56,210 nt of DNA, from positions 1 through 56,210 of IMG/VR virus record IMGVR_UViG_3300020420_000018. The stretch is one strand, 5' to 3'. The position numbers were made by a program, and so were the translations under genes. Source of the stretch: a virus. Lineage: Duplodnaviria; Caudoviricetes. Numbering within the stretch: position 1 is the first letter of the stretch; every line of letters starts with the position of its first letter. The notes beneath the pieces are model-generated. The model was not told where the DNA came from. It saw nothing but the letters and a program-made list of their open reading frames with translations, and searched no databases. Positions 37,069 through 46,694 of this stretch are shown one piece after another.

Positions 37069-38482
37069 AATTTATGGACCACCTGGTACAGGTAAAACAT
37101 TTAGATTAATTAGGCGTGTAAAAGCATACGAACGTAAAGGTGTGCCGTTACATAAGATAGGATATTTTGCATTTACTAGAAAAGCTGCAGAGGAAGCACG
37201 CAAAAGAATTAATGTATCTGAAAAAGAAGTGCCCTACTTTCAAACACTGCATGCATTTTGTTATCACTTACTAGGATTAAATGAGGAAGATATTATACAA
37301 CCATATCACTACGAAGACTTAGGTAAAAAATTAAATATACGTGTTTCATTTACGGACAAATACAATGAAGAAGAAACACACTTTTTAACTTGTAACAATC
37401 CATATTTTCAAATGATACAAAGAGCTATCAACAAAGACATTAATATTAGACAAGAGTTTGATTTAAACGAGCATGATAAAAAGCAAGTTAAAGATTTTGA
37501 TACGTTAGATCATATTTATAAAAATTTACAAATTTATAAAAAGAAAAATAGTTTACATGATTTTAATGACATAATTAAATCTGTAATTAATTCTGATAAG
37601 ATACCGAAGTTTAAGGCTATATTCATAGATGAAGCACAAGATTTATCACCACTGCAGTGGCAACTATACGATAAATTAAAAGAACATTGTGATCAAATTT
37701 ATTTAGCTGGTGATGATGACCAGGCTATTTATGCCTGGGCTGGCGCTGATGTAAAAAGATTTGTACAAGAACCTGCAAAAGAAAGAATATTAAGACAGTC
37801 AAGACGTATATCAATGTCTGTGCAAGCAGAGGCAAGATATCCTATAACAAGAATACAAGGTATTAGAAAAAGAAAACATTATTTACCAAGAGATTATGAT
37901 GGTGAATCTCATTACATAGCTGATCTTAATCAGGTTGATTTAACAAAAGGTAAATGGCTTATACTTACAAGAACTAAAAGCAATCTACTAGATATCATGA
38001 AAGACCTAAGACGTAAGAATTTTTATTATCAAAGTAACAAAGGAAAAAGTTTTAAAGTTGGTATGTACGAAGCAGCAGCTGCGTATACAAAATGGACTAT
38101 GGATGAAATATTAAATGAAAAAGAAATAAACGCAGTGAAAGAATATATACCTAATGCTGATTGGGATGCTAAAATTCCCTGGTATGATAAGTTTATAGCA
38201 GATCAAAAAGAAGTTTTATATTTAAGAAATTTAATTGCATCAAAAGAAAATTTAAAAGATAAAGCAAGAATATGGTTGTCAACTATACATGCAATAAAAG
38301 GTGGTGAAGAAGACAATGTAATTTTATCTTTACACCAAGGACGTACCGTACAACAAGGAATTAAGTTAAGTGTTGACAAACAAGATGAGGAGCATAGAGT
38401 GTGGTACGTGGGTATAACGAGAGCACGAAATAACATATATAAATTGAGAGCTAAAAAGAAATTAAAGGAGTATCAACTATGA
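37052..38482 (+). CDS. UvrD/Rep-like SF1 helicase
   Basis: GPPGTGKT, IDEAQDLS, AGDDDQAIY, STIHAIKGGE, YVGITRA; start may be 37034. Confidence 0.9.
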   Translation: MHKINKIYGPPGTGKTFRLIRRVKAYERKGVPLHKIGYFAFTRKAAEEARKRINVSEKEVPYFQTLHAFCYHLLGLNEEDIIQPYHYEDLGKKLNIRVSFTDKYNEEETHFLTCNNPYFQMIQRAINKDINIRQEFDLNEHDKKQVKDFDTLDHIYKNLQIYKKKNSLHDFNDIIKSVINSDKIPKFKAIFIDEAQDLSPLQWQLYDKLKEHCDQIYLAGDDDQAIYAWAGADVKRFVQEPAKERILRQSRRISMSVQAEARYPITRIQGIRKRKHYLPRDYDGESHYIADLNQVDLTKGKWLILTRTKSNLLDIMKDLRRKNFYYQSNKGKSFKVGMYEAAAAYTKWTMDEILNEKEINAVKEYIPNADWDAKIPWYDKFIADQKEVLYLRNLIASKENLKDKARIWLSTIHAIKGGEEDNVILSLHQGRTVQQGIKLSVDKQDEEHRVWYVGITRARNNIYKLRAKKKLKEYQL

Positions 38483-38727
38483 CAGATAAAAATATATTGG
38501 ACGAGGCGTTTCCACAATATACTCAGGTTGGCGGAAATCATTATACCAAGTTTCCTATTCAGCCGTATGAGTTTATTTCTAAAAATAACCTTTCGTTTTT
38601 TCAAGGCAATGTTGTAAAATACGTTTGTCGCTATCAACGAAAAGGAGGGGCAGAAGACATTAAAAAAATAATGCATTACTGCCAATTAGAATTACTTAAG
38701 ATGACGGATATGGAGAAGAAAAAATGA
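38479..38727 (+). CDS. DUF3310 (T7 gp1.7-like nucleotide kinase family)
   Basis: QVGGNHY...GNVVKYVCRY..KGGAEDIKK. Confidence 0.8.
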   Translation: MTDKNILDEAFPQYTQVGGNHYTKFPIQPYEFISKNNLSFFQGNVVKYVCRYQRKGGAEDIKKIMHYCQLELLKMTDMEKKK

Positions 38728-38822
38728 CAATTGGTTTTGGTTTAGGTATGTTTGGTTACAGTATGGTTTGTTTAATTATTGGCCTTACTATAGTCTACAT
38801 TGTATTAAAAAATTTAAAATGA
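38724..38822 (+). CDS. Single-TM microprotein (32 aa)
   Basis: Hand-translated MTIGFGLGMFGYSMVCLIIGLTIVYIVLKNLK; ATGA overlaps at both ends; GGAG upstream. Confidence 0.6.
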   Translation: MTIGFGLGMFGYSMVCLIIGLTIVYIVLKNLK

Positions 38823-40756
38823 TTTTACCTCAAACAGAATGGGTTCAACCTACAGAGTATCCCGATCTTAGATCGTATGATGAGATTGCAATTGATTTGG
38901 AAACAAGAGATCCAGATTTAAAGTCAAAAGGATCTGGTGCAGTTGTAGGAAATGGAGAAGTTGTAGGCATAGCTGTGGCCACTTATAATGATAAATGGTA
39001 TTTTCCTATAGCTCACCAAGAGGGACCTAACATGGATAGAGCTAGAACTCTTGAATGGTTTAAGGATATTCTTGATTGCCCTGCTACAAAAATATTTCAT
39101 AATGCTATGTACGACGTATCTTGGATACGTAATTTAGGATTTAATATCAATGGTTTACTGGTAGATACAATGATAGCCTCTTCACTGTTAGATGAAAATA
39201 GATTTTCATACACACTTAATACTTTGTCCTGGCATTTTTTAAACGAAGGTAAAAACGAGAGAGCACTTAACGAAGCTGCAAAGTCTAGAGGACTAGATCC
39301 TAAAGCTGATATGTGGAGATTACCTGCGCATGAAGTAGGAGCGTATGCTGAAAAAGATGCAGAGTTAACTTTTAAACTTTGGCAGCATGTAAAAAAATTA
39401 ATTATTGAAAATGATCTTGAAGAAATTTTTAATCTTGAGACTGATCTTTTTCCTTGCCTAGTGGATATGCGCTTCCTAGGGGTGCGGGCAGACGTGACAA
39501 GAGCGAATCAATTAAAGAAAGAATTAACAACACAAGAAGAAAGATTAATCCACCAAGTAAAAATAGAGACAGGAGTAGAAACTCAAATATGGGCCGCACG
39601 TAGCATTCAAAAAGTTTTTGAACATTTGAAACTACCTTTTGAAACAACTGAGAAAACTGGTGCGCCTTCATTTACTAAAAATTTTCTTTCGAATCATGAA
39701 CATCCTGTAATTCAAAAGATAGCAGAAGCTAGAAAAATAAACAAGGTTAATACAACTTTTATAGATACAATTTTAAAACACGAACACAAAGGTAGAATTC
39801 ATGCAGAGATTAATCAAATTAGATCTGATGATGGAGGAACAATTACCGGACGTTTTTCATATTCTAATCCAAACCTGCAACAAATACCTGCACGTGACCC
39901 TGTTTTAGGTCCAATGATTAGAAGTTTATTTATACCAGAAGAAGGATGCAAGTGGGGTTGTTTTGACTACTCGCAACAGGAACCAAGACTTGTTGCACAC
40001 TATGCGTTACGTTACGGTTTACCATCTGTAAATACTATTGCAGATTCATACGATACAGATCCTTCTACAGACTTTCACAAAATAGTTGCAGAGATGGCAG
40101 AGATACCTAGATCACAAGCTAAAGTAATTAATCTTGGTTTATTCTATGGCATGGGTAAAGCAAAACTACAAGCAGAGTTAGGTGTATCTAAATTTAAAGC
40201 AGAGGAATTGTTTGATAGATATCATTCAAAGGTTCCTTTTGTAAAACAATTGATGAATGAAGTTATGAAAGCTGGTTCTAAAAAAGGTCAGATAAAAACT
40301 TTATTAGGTAGACGATGTAGGTTTCCTAAATACGAACCAATACTTAGAGGTTCTGACTGGGGTAAATACATACCACCAGAAGATGAAGAGCGTATGCAAG
40401 ATCTACAAAAGATGGGTCCATATATAAAAGACGATGAAGGAGAAATGTTAAAAGACAAAGATGGTAATCCTAAAAAAAATTATTGGCACAACAATCCAAC
40501 TCGTAGAGCTTTTACATACAAAGCGTTAAATAAATTAATACAAGGATCAGCTGCTGACATGACAAAGAAAGCTATGTTAGAATTATACAAAGAAGGTATC
40601 ACACCACATATACAAGTGCACGATGAGTTAGATATATCAGTCATTAATGATTTAGAAGCTGCCAAAATTAAAGATGTGATGGAAAACGCAGTTGACTTGA
40701 AGATACCAAATAAAGTAGACTATGAGTCTGGTCCTAATTGGGGATCTATAAAATGA
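38819..40756 (+). CDS. polA: DNA polymerase family A with 3'-5' exonuclease domain
   Basis: IAIDLET, FHNAMYD, TGRFSYSNPNLQQIP, DYSQQEPR, KVINLGLFYGMG, QVHDEL; start MILPQ at 38819. Confidence 0.95.
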   Translation: MILPQTEWVQPTEYPDLRSYDEIAIDLETRDPDLKSKGSGAVVGNGEVVGIAVATYNDKWYFPIAHQEGPNMDRARTLEWFKDILDCPATKIFHNAMYDVSWIRNLGFNINGLLVDTMIASSLLDENRFSYTLNTLSWHFLNEGKNERALNEAAKSRGLDPKADMWRLPAHEVGAYAEKDAELTFKLWQHVKKLIIENDLEEIFNLETDLFPCLVDMRFLGVRADVTRANQLKKELTTQEERLIHQVKIETGVETQIWAARSIQKVFEHLKLPFETTEKTGAPSFTKNFLSNHEHPVIQKIAEARKINKVNTTFIDTILKHEHKGRIHAEINQIRSDDGGTITGRFSYSNPNLQQIPARDPVLGPMIRSLFIPEEGCKWGCFDYSQQEPRLVAHYALRYGLPSVNTIADSYDTDPSTDFHKIVAEMAEIPRSQAKVINLGLFYGMGKAKLQAELGVSKFKAEELFDRYHSKVPFVKQLMNEVMKAGSKKGQIKTLLGRRCRFPKYEPILRGSDWGKYIPPEDEERMQDLQKMGPYIKDDEGEMLKDKDGNPKKNYWHNNPTRRAFTYKALNKLIQGSAADMTKKAMLELYKEGITPHIQVHDELDISVINDLEAAKIKDVMENAVDLKIPNKVDYESGPNWGSIK

Positions 40757-40762
40757 TTTATT

Positions 40763-41407
40763 ATGGCTTATTTAAATGCAAACATACCACCTATCTACTG
40801 TAAGATAAGAAGAGAGTATTTATATGATCTTGAAGAACATAAAGGAGAGTCTGGTGATTGTGTTATCTTTGGCTTTACTTCCATTTCAGGTCGCGCATTA
40901 CTATTTAACATTATGTTACCCAACGGTGCGTGCTATTGGCGTTTGCCTATTTCAGCATTTTTTCAAAAAGAGTTTGAACGAAAGGACGTGCCAGATATGT
41001 CTGTCGACGAACTTGAGTTGTGGAACAGTTTTAGTTATCATCCTGCTGTTACTTGCTTTGATTGGTTGGATGGTATAAACGGAAAATATTTAGGAAGAGA
41101 TAAAAAGTTTTACCACGGTAAATATCTTTTTACTATTGACTGGGCCCACCCAGATGTTAACATATTAGATACGGAACATTCTGAGATTCCTCAAGAGCAC
41201 AAGTGTGCACACATAATGGCCCTAAAGAATGGCAATTATGCAGCTCAGCCAAACAACAGAATAATTTGGCACGTTAACAGCTACACCACAGATAATGATT
41301 GGCCTGATTATAAGGTTCAAACTACCTACTGGGACGCTGAAGATGGCGACTGGGTTACTGAAGATTCAGATAGAATGTTTTATAACATTGAGGAGAAGAA
41401 AAAATGA
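40763..41407 (+). CDS. Conserved hypothetical protein (MAYLNANIP...QPNNR)
   Basis: 214 aa ORF directly after polA. Confidence 0.75.
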   Translation: MAYLNANIPPIYCKIRREYLYDLEEHKGESGDCVIFGFTSISGRALLFNIMLPNGACYWRLPISAFFQKEFERKDVPDMSVDELELWNSFSYHPAVTCFDWLDGINGKYLGRDKKFYHGKYLFTIDWAHPDVNILDTEHSEIPQEHKCAHIMALKNGNYAAQPNNRIIWHVNSYTTDNDWPDYKVQTTYWDAEDGDWVTEDSDRMFYNIEEKKK

Positions 41408-41574
41408 AGTGTGAAAACTGTGGAATGGGGTTTATAATAACACCTATTAATGTAGATAAAGTGTGTCCGCATTGTGGACATGTTCACGGTATACATAAGG
41501 AGGACAACATGATTAAAAAAATTTGGAATAAAATAAAAGAAATATCCAAAAGATTAATGTTTTGGACTAGATAA
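41404..41574 (+). CDS. Zn-ribbon microprotein with internal restart (56 aa)
   Basis: Hand-translated MKCENCG...CPHCGH...MIKKIWNKIKEISKRLMFWTR; ATGA and TAATG overlaps. Confidence 0.6.
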   Translation: MKCENCGMGFIITPINVDKVCPHCGHVHGIHKEDNMIKKIWNKIKEISKRLMFWTR

Positions 41575-41909
41575 TGAATTTAGCTGACTTATTAAAAAAG
41601 AATATAGTAATGGTTCCGGTCGTGGCATCAGTCTTGGTCGGAACTTTTACAGGTGTCAAGTATGTGGTTAATCTTACAGATACTATTAATGCAAATCAAG
41701 CAGAGATAGAAAAATTACAAACTATGAGCATAGAAAATATCAATAGAGATATGAAAGTATTAACGGATAATGTTAACACAGTAATTGCAAAATTAGAGAG
41801 AGCTGAAGGCACATGGGAAATGGCTGAAAACTTATACGAAGTTCTAGCTGATAAAGTTAGACAAATGGAATACGATATTAAAGATCTCAGCAGAGAGATA
41901 AATTATTAG
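41574..41909 (+). CDS. TM + coiled-coil protein
   Basis: IVMVPVVASVLVGTF TM followed by heptad-rich region. Confidence 0.7.
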   Translation: MNLADLLKKNIVMVPVVASVLVGTFTGVKYVVNLTDTINANQAEIEKLQTMSIENINRDMKVLTDNVNTVIAKLERAEGTWEMAENLYEVLADKVRQMEYDIKDLSREINY

Positions 41910-41932
41910 GATGAACTATGGAGTGCGCCAAG

Positions 41933-42469
41933 ATGAATTATTACTTTACTGGAATACTGATAGTTTTATTGTGTCTTATAGCCTGGATGGGACCTGCGTA
42001 TCCTAGAAACGAATATCTTAACAACAGCGATAGATGTGGAGAGTTTGAAGCTCGTATAGAAAAGTATCAGAATGATACTAATTATAACTCCTCTAACAGC
42101 ACAGATTATAATAATGAAAATTGGAGATTTAATTTAGGTTATAGAAAATATCTTGGCACAGATTGTAAAACGTCAAAAGAAAATATGCAGTTAAAACAAC
42201 AACTTGAGTTGATGAAGATGTGTAACAAGGTAAACAGAAATCCAAGTCTTGCACAGAATCCAAACTTTACATTGCTAGTATCTAAATGCAGAGGTGTTAT
42301 ACCACAATCGCTCGAGACAGAATCTATGCCCACAGGTAGTCTATGGGAGGATTTGAAAGAGGAGTATATAAAAGAAAACCCAGAATCTAAAACTTTGGAC
42401 AACAATAATACCACATTAAAAATGCCTCCAAAAGATTATATATTGCCTTTACCAAAACCAAAACAATGA
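41933..42469 (+). CDS. Secreted/membrane-anchored hypothetical protein
   Basis: Signal-like YYFTGILIVLLCLIAWMGPAYP; several Cys; start 41933 or 41918. Confidence 0.65.
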   Translation: MNYYFTGILIVLLCLIAWMGPAYPRNEYLNNSDRCGEFEARIEKYQNDTNYNSSNSTDYNNENWRFNLGYRKYLGTDCKTSKENMQLKQQLELMKMCNKVNRNPSLAQNPNFTLLVSKCRGVIPQSLETESMPTGSLWEDLKEEYIKENPESKTLDNNNTTLKMPPKDYILPLPKPKQ

Positions 42470-42699
42470 AATATATTTTATCTTTAGTTATTTGTTCAAG
42501 CATCAGTAATACCTGTATGCCACCAGTTACATCTAATATAATGTACGAAAACACTTACAATTGTTTAATTGACGGATATAAAAATTCTATTAAAATAATA
42601 GAATCGATTGGAGAAGAAGAAGTTAATAAACATGACCTGTATGCTAAGTTTGTCTGTATTGAACAAAAAGAAAAAGGTAAAATAAATGAAGATATCTGA
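42466..42699 (+). CDS. Small Cys-containing exported protein
   Basis: MKYILSLVICS...C...C...KFVC. Confidence 0.6.
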   Translation: MKYILSLVICSSISNTCMPPVTSNIMYENTYNCLIDGYKNSIKIIESIGEEEVNKHDLYAKFVCIEQKEKGKINEDI

Positions 42700-43051
42700 A
42701 AACACCTCCGTAAGCATGCCTATTAGGAACATGCTCATGATAATCGGTGGCGTTATAGCCGGAGTGATCGCTTATACGGAGCTGACTGGGAGATTAACTT
42801 CGCTAGAAACATCACGTGAGTTGTTTGAAGCTGACCTGCTTAAGAAAAGTGAACAACTACCCACAGACCAAGAACAGTATATGTTGATTGAAGATCTATA
42901 CAAGACTGTAGAAAAAATGGAAGAAACTCAAGAACAAAATATGACAAACAAAGTTAATATAGAATTTTTAAGAGAACAATTAGATAAAGCATTAAGTGAT
43001 ATTGAAGATTTAAAAGATAAAGTTAGAGCAAATGGAAAGAGCGCACACTAA
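42686..43051 (+). CDS. TM + coiled-coil protein
   Basis: MLMIIGGVIAGVIAY TM followed by coiled coil. Confidence 0.7.
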   Translation: MKISENTSVSMPIRNMLMIIGGVIAGVIAYTELTGRLTSLETSRELFEADLLKKSEQLPTDQEQYMLIEDLYKTVEKMEETQEQNMTNKVNIEFLREQLDKALSDIEDLKDKVRANGKSAH

Positions 43052-43275
43052 TGACTGAAATGATTGTAGCTTTGCTTATGTTGGTTAACGGAGAAATTAA
43101 AGAAGCACGTATACAACCTTCATTTGGAAAATGTATGGAACGAGGTCGTGTTGCTAAACGTGATTTAAAACTTCTTGGCAAAACAAATGTTAAGTATCAA
43201 TGCATAAAATCTATGGCAGAATTAGAGGATAATATTGATGGATCTAAATCCATTAAAAAGTTAATAATAAAATAA
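43051..43275 (+). CDS. Small hypothetical protein
   Basis: 74 aa, TAATG-coupled. Confidence 0.65.
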   Translation: MTEMIVALLMLVNGEIKEARIQPSFGKCMERGRVAKRDLKLLGKTNVKYQCIKSMAELEDNIDGSKSIKKLIIK

Positions 43276-43277
43276 TA

Positions 43278-43835
43278 ATGTTAACTAATATTTTTCCAAC
43301 TAAAATAGAAATTATTAATAATTTTTTAACTCAAGACGAAATTAATAATGTTTATTCTTATATTAAAAAACTTACACATACAGATCACTCTGCTATAATT
43401 GGAGAGGGACAATCAACTTACTCACATAATTTAAATTTTTTAAAAGGAGTGCAATTAGAAAAAAAAATAAACGACGAGTTAAAAAAATATTGTAACTCTT
43501 GTGGAATTCAAACAAGTAAGATTAATATGTGTTGGTCTAACATTCAAAAGAAAAATAGTTTTTTAAAAATGCATCATCATGGAGACGCCCCTGTTGTAGG
43601 TGCTATATTTATAAAAACAGATGAGAATAGTAGTAAGCTATGTTTTCAAAATCCTAATCCACATTCTGTGGTAACTAATTATATTATTAATCCTAATCCA
43701 AATATATTATGTTATAAAGTAAAGCCAGGTGATTTATTTATGTTTCCAGGTTGGTTACAACACGGTTCAAATTATGAATTGAATAAATCAGAGGAAAGAG
43801 TAGTATTAAGTTTTAATTGTAAGCACACGGGATAA
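43278..43835 (+). CDS. Putative 2OG-Fe(II) oxygenase (TIGR02466-like)
   Basis: WSN...HHH...FPGWLQHG...ERVVLSFN. Confidence 0.75.
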   Translation: MLTNIFPTKIEIINNFLTQDEINNVYSYIKKLTHTDHSAIIGEGQSTYSHNLNFLKGVQLEKKINDELKKYCNSCGIQTSKINMCWSNIQKKNSFLKMHHHGDAPVVGAIFIKTDENSSKLCFQNPNPHSVVTNYIINPNPNILCYKVKPGDLFMFPGWLQHGSNYELNKSEERVVLSFNCKHTG

Positions 43836-43839
43836 TAAA

Positions 43840-44316
43840 ATGAAATTAACACGTAATTTTAGCCTTCAAGAGCTGACAAAATCAGACACTGCAATACGTA
43901 AAGGTATCGACAACGAACCTAACGCAGATCAAATAGATAAATTAAAAATGTTATGCGAAAAAATTTTACAGCCTGTACGTGATCAATTCGGCAGGGTGAA
44001 GGTGACAAGCGGCTATCGTAGCCCAGAGTTATGTGTTGCTATCGGCAGTAGTATTAATTCACAGCATGCCAAAGCCGAGGCCGTCGACTTTGAAGTGTTA
44101 GGTGTCGACAACGCAGAAGTTGCAGATTGGGTAAAGATGAACTGTGAAACAGACCAGCTAATACTTGAATACTACACACCAGGAGAACCTAACTCGGGGT
44201 GGATACATGCAAGTTGGATACCATTTCAACCAAGAGCACAATACATGAGAGCGTATAGAGAAGATAAAAAAACAAAATACAAACCGATTACAGGAAAGGC
44301 AGTAGATTTAGTATAA
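43840..44316 (+). CDS. Peptidase M15 endolysin
   Basis: NFSLQELTKS, VTSGYRS, SQHAKAEAVD, WIHAS Zn ligands. Confidence 0.85.
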   Translation: MKLTRNFSLQELTKSDTAIRKGIDNEPNADQIDKLKMLCEKILQPVRDQFGRVKVTSGYRSPELCVAIGSSINSQHAKAEAVDFEVLGVDNAEVADWVKMNCETDQLILEYYTPGEPNSGWIHASWIPFQPRAQYMRAYREDKKTKYKPITGKAVDLV

Positions 44317-44318
44317 GA

Positions 44319-44795
44319 ATGAAAGATATTATGGTTGTAGATAATTTCTTTAACGAGAAAGAGTTAAATATATTAATTAATAATTTAGATAAAATTAATT
44401 ATGAGGGTGATCAAAATGAATTAGGTAATTATGGATTTGGTCATAAATTTAATCCAGATGAAACTAATCAATGGTTATTTGACAAAATAAAAAATGTTTT
44501 TTTAAAAGAAAAAGATTTAAAACCGCTCTCGTCTGCTATTAGAATAAGATATAATTCTAAAAAAGTTTTGCCTCATATTGATAATGAAAGTAAATATAAT
44601 TTTTTATGTTACCTTAAAGGAAAAGAGTTAATGTACAATGGAACTGGTTTTTATAATGACAAAAAGGATTTAGATAGATATATTGGCTTTAAGGAAAATA
44701 GAGCTATGTTTTTTAATTCACATATTTATCATACAGATCTTCAAGCTTTAGGTGAAAGTAGTCCAAGGTACACTTTAGGAATTTTTTATGGGTAA
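44319..44795 (+). CDS. 2OG-Fe(II) oxygenase-like protein
   Basis: VVDNFF, PHID, GTGFY, ENRAMFFNSHIYH, RYT. Confidence 0.7.
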   Translation: MKDIMVVDNFFNEKELNILINNLDKINYEGDQNELGNYGFGHKFNPDETNQWLFDKIKNVFLKEKDLKPLSSAIRIRYNSKKVLPHIDNESKYNFLCYLKGKELMYNGTGFYNDKKDLDRYIGFKENRAMFFNSHIYHTDLQALGESSPRYTLGIFYG

Positions 44796-45012
44796 TAAAA
44801 CATTTAAAGTATTTCAAAAAATAGACACTGTTCATGGTTATTGTGAAGAGTGTGAAGAAGATTCAATACTCGTTGCAATTGTATCTGATTTTTATAGATG
44901 CACAAATTGTGGAGCAGATACTAGACAACACATCAATGGTAGTATAAGGTATTTAAAGTTGAGTGAAAGTGATAAAGCATACATAAAAGCAAATGGCCAA
45001 GAGAACATTTAA
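44788..45012 (+). CDS. Zn-ribbon protein
   Basis: CEEC...CTNC. Confidence 0.7.
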   Translation: MGNKTFKVFQKIDTVHGYCEECEEDSILVAIVSDFYRCTNCGADTRQHINGSIRYLKLSESDKAYIKANGQENI

Positions 45013-45130
45013 ACATTTTACACCTAGAGATAAGCCTAAGAAAAGGCCTGGACGCCACAAAAAGAATTTAAATAAACATGCAAAACGCGATTATAAACCG
45101 TATAACCGACAAGGCCGACGAGCTAGCTAG
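44993..45130 (+). CDS. Basic microprotein (45 aa)
   Basis: Hand-translated MAKRTFKHFTPRDKPKKRPGRHKKNLNKHAKRDYKPYNRQGRRAS. Confidence 0.6.
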   Translation: MAKRTFKHFTPRDKPKKRPGRHKKNLNKHAKRDYKPYNRQGRRAS

Positions 45131-45218
45131 GCAATACAACATATCCCAAAAGAAAAACTTGACAGCTCTTGTAAAATTATATAAATATCCTATATGATTG
45201 TATATAACAAAAGGAAAG

Positions 45219-45401
45219 ATGATGACAGATATAAGTAAATACAAAAGTCTCGCAGTCGATCACGCCTGCTATGATAAGATTGATAAGATGACCAAGGTCC
45301 TGGCACCAGGGATCACCCTATCAAGAGCACAAGTGATTAGAATGTTAGTAGATGAGAAAGCAAAAAAGTTAAATGGCAAAATACGAAGTAAGAGCGGTTA
45401 A
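45219..45401 (+). CDS. Ribbon-helix-helix-like DNA-binding protein
   Basis: YKSLAVD strand, CYDKIDKM helix, LSRAQVIRMLV helix; TTGACA at 45159 upstream. Confidence 0.55.
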   Translation: MMTDISKYKSLAVDHACYDKIDKMTKVLAPGITLSRAQVIRMLVDEKAKKLNGKIRSKSG

Positions 45402-45684
45402 CGTAATAGGAGAAAGTAAAGATCCTATCAAGTCTCTTTGGAGAAACGTTTTAATTGTAGCTCTGGAGGATGCAATAGGTAGAGGTTTTTATTCTTATGG
45501 TAGATTTTATCAGAAAAGATTTATGGAATCTGCTCGTAATTATTTTTTAGAGCCTAATGCAGATTTTAAATCTGTCTGTACGTTCGCAGGTTTTGATCAT
45601 GAGTATGTAAGAATGAAAGCAAAGAAATATTTTAAGGAGAAAGCAAATGAAAAGAAAGATTATCTGCAGAGTATGCAATGGTAA
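45373..45684 (+). CDS. Hypothetical protein (LWRNVL..ALEDA...DFKSVCTFAG)
   Basis: 103 aa ORF. Confidence 0.7.
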   Translation: MAKYEVRAVNVIGESKDPIKSLWRNVLIVALEDAIGRGFYSYGRFYQKRFMESARNYFLEPNADFKSVCTFAGFDHEYVRMKAKKYFKEKANEKKDYLQSMQW

Positions 45685-45802
45685 TGGATTTGTTCGTGTG
45701 CCATTTGAACAAGCATACGAAGAACAGTGGGCTGATTGTGAATTTTGCAACAACCAAGGTGAAGTAGAAGAAGAGGAGGAACAGAATGATACAACCCAGT
45801 GA
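45647..45802 (+). CDS. DnaJ-type Zn-finger microprotein (51 aa)
   Basis: Hand-translated CRVCNGNG...CEFCNNQG; SD AAGGAG. Confidence 0.7.
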   Translation: MKRKIICRVCNGNGFVRVPFEQAYEEQWADCEFCNNQGEVEEEEEQNDTTQ

Positions 45803-45920
45803 CAAAGAAAAAATAAAATTTTTACAAGGTGTGTGTAAACGCGCAGGTAAACAAATTAAATTATTACAAGATACAATAACTAAATTAGAAAAGAGGTTAC
45901 ATGAAAAGAGCAATACTTGA
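45786..45920 (+). CDS. Coiled-coil microprotein (44 aa)
   Basis: Hand-translated MIQPSDKEKIKFLQGVCKRAGKQIKLLQ...; SD GAGGAGG. Confidence 0.6.
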   Translation: MIQPSDKEKIKFLQGVCKRAGKQIKLLQDTITKLEKRLHEKSNT

Positions 45921-46110
45921 TGCATTAGAGGCGCAGTACCAGGCTGACATTGCCCATGCTGATGCTACGTTAAAAATATATTTAGAAGGATCTGTTGGTA
46001 TTGGAGAACATCCTCAACACGTTGAAGAGTGTAATAAACTTGTTGATAAGATAGCTAATGCCAAAGAAAAATTAGAAGTCTTAAAAGAATTTGAGCCGGA
46101 GAAGTTATGA
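45901..46110 (+). CDS. Conserved hypothetical protein (VGIGEHP)
   Basis: 69 aa; SD GAGG. Confidence 0.75.
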   Translation: MKRAILDALEAQYQADIAHADATLKIYLEGSVGIGEHPQHVEECNKLVDKIANAKEKLEVLKEFEPEKL

Positions 46111-46694
46111 TAAAAGGTGATAGTGAAGAGTATGAATTGTTAGAGAAGTGGGCTAAGTTTGATTGTCAAGGTCACTACAGCTGTGAGATAGGTGTACGTC
46201 AAGGTCTTGGCTCTAAAATAATAATGGATAACGTTGTAAATAATTATATGCATGTAGGTATCGATCCTTATGGTGACTTGTCTTACCAACATTACGATGA
46301 AAAGTTTACAAAGAACTGGCCACAACGATGGCGTGGTAAGTTTAGAACAGACTACACTGATGAAATGAGAGATACTTTGCTTAACGATTTTAAAGAGTAT
46401 CGTAACAATGGTAAATTTGTATTAGCTAACATGACTGATACTATGTTTATGTGCCATCCTGATTGGAATGAGAAGACTTATGCATTTGTACATTTTGACG
46501 GACCACACATGTCTAAGGATGTATTAACAGAAGCGGTTTGGTTTGCTAATCGAGCAGCTCCACATGCACGATTTGTATTTGACGATACAGATAAATTTGA
46601 AATGAGTATAGTTGCATATGCAATGACATTGTTTGGATTTTCTACCCATAGCATGGGTGAAAAGAAATGTTTATTAGCAAGGAATCTTAAATGA
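46107..46694 (+). CDS. Class I SAM-dependent methyltransferase (Methyltransf_24-like)
   Basis: EIGVRQGLGS, GIDPY, FVHFDGPH, VFDD. Confidence 0.75.
   Translation: MIKGDSEEYELLEKWAKFDCQGHYSCEIGVRQGLGSKIIMDNVVNNYMHVGIDPYGDLSYQHYDEKFTKNWPQRWRGKFRTDYTDEMRDTLLNDFKEYRNNGKFVLANMTDTMFMCHPDWNEKTYAFVHFDGPHMSKDVLTEAVWFANRAAPHARFVFDDTDKFEMSIVAYAMTLFGFSTHSMGEKKCLLARNLK

Noticed and set aside
40330-40500. Intein or intron in polA
   Set aside because: Insert is short and in frame, with no C/S...HN-C/S/T splice junction pattern
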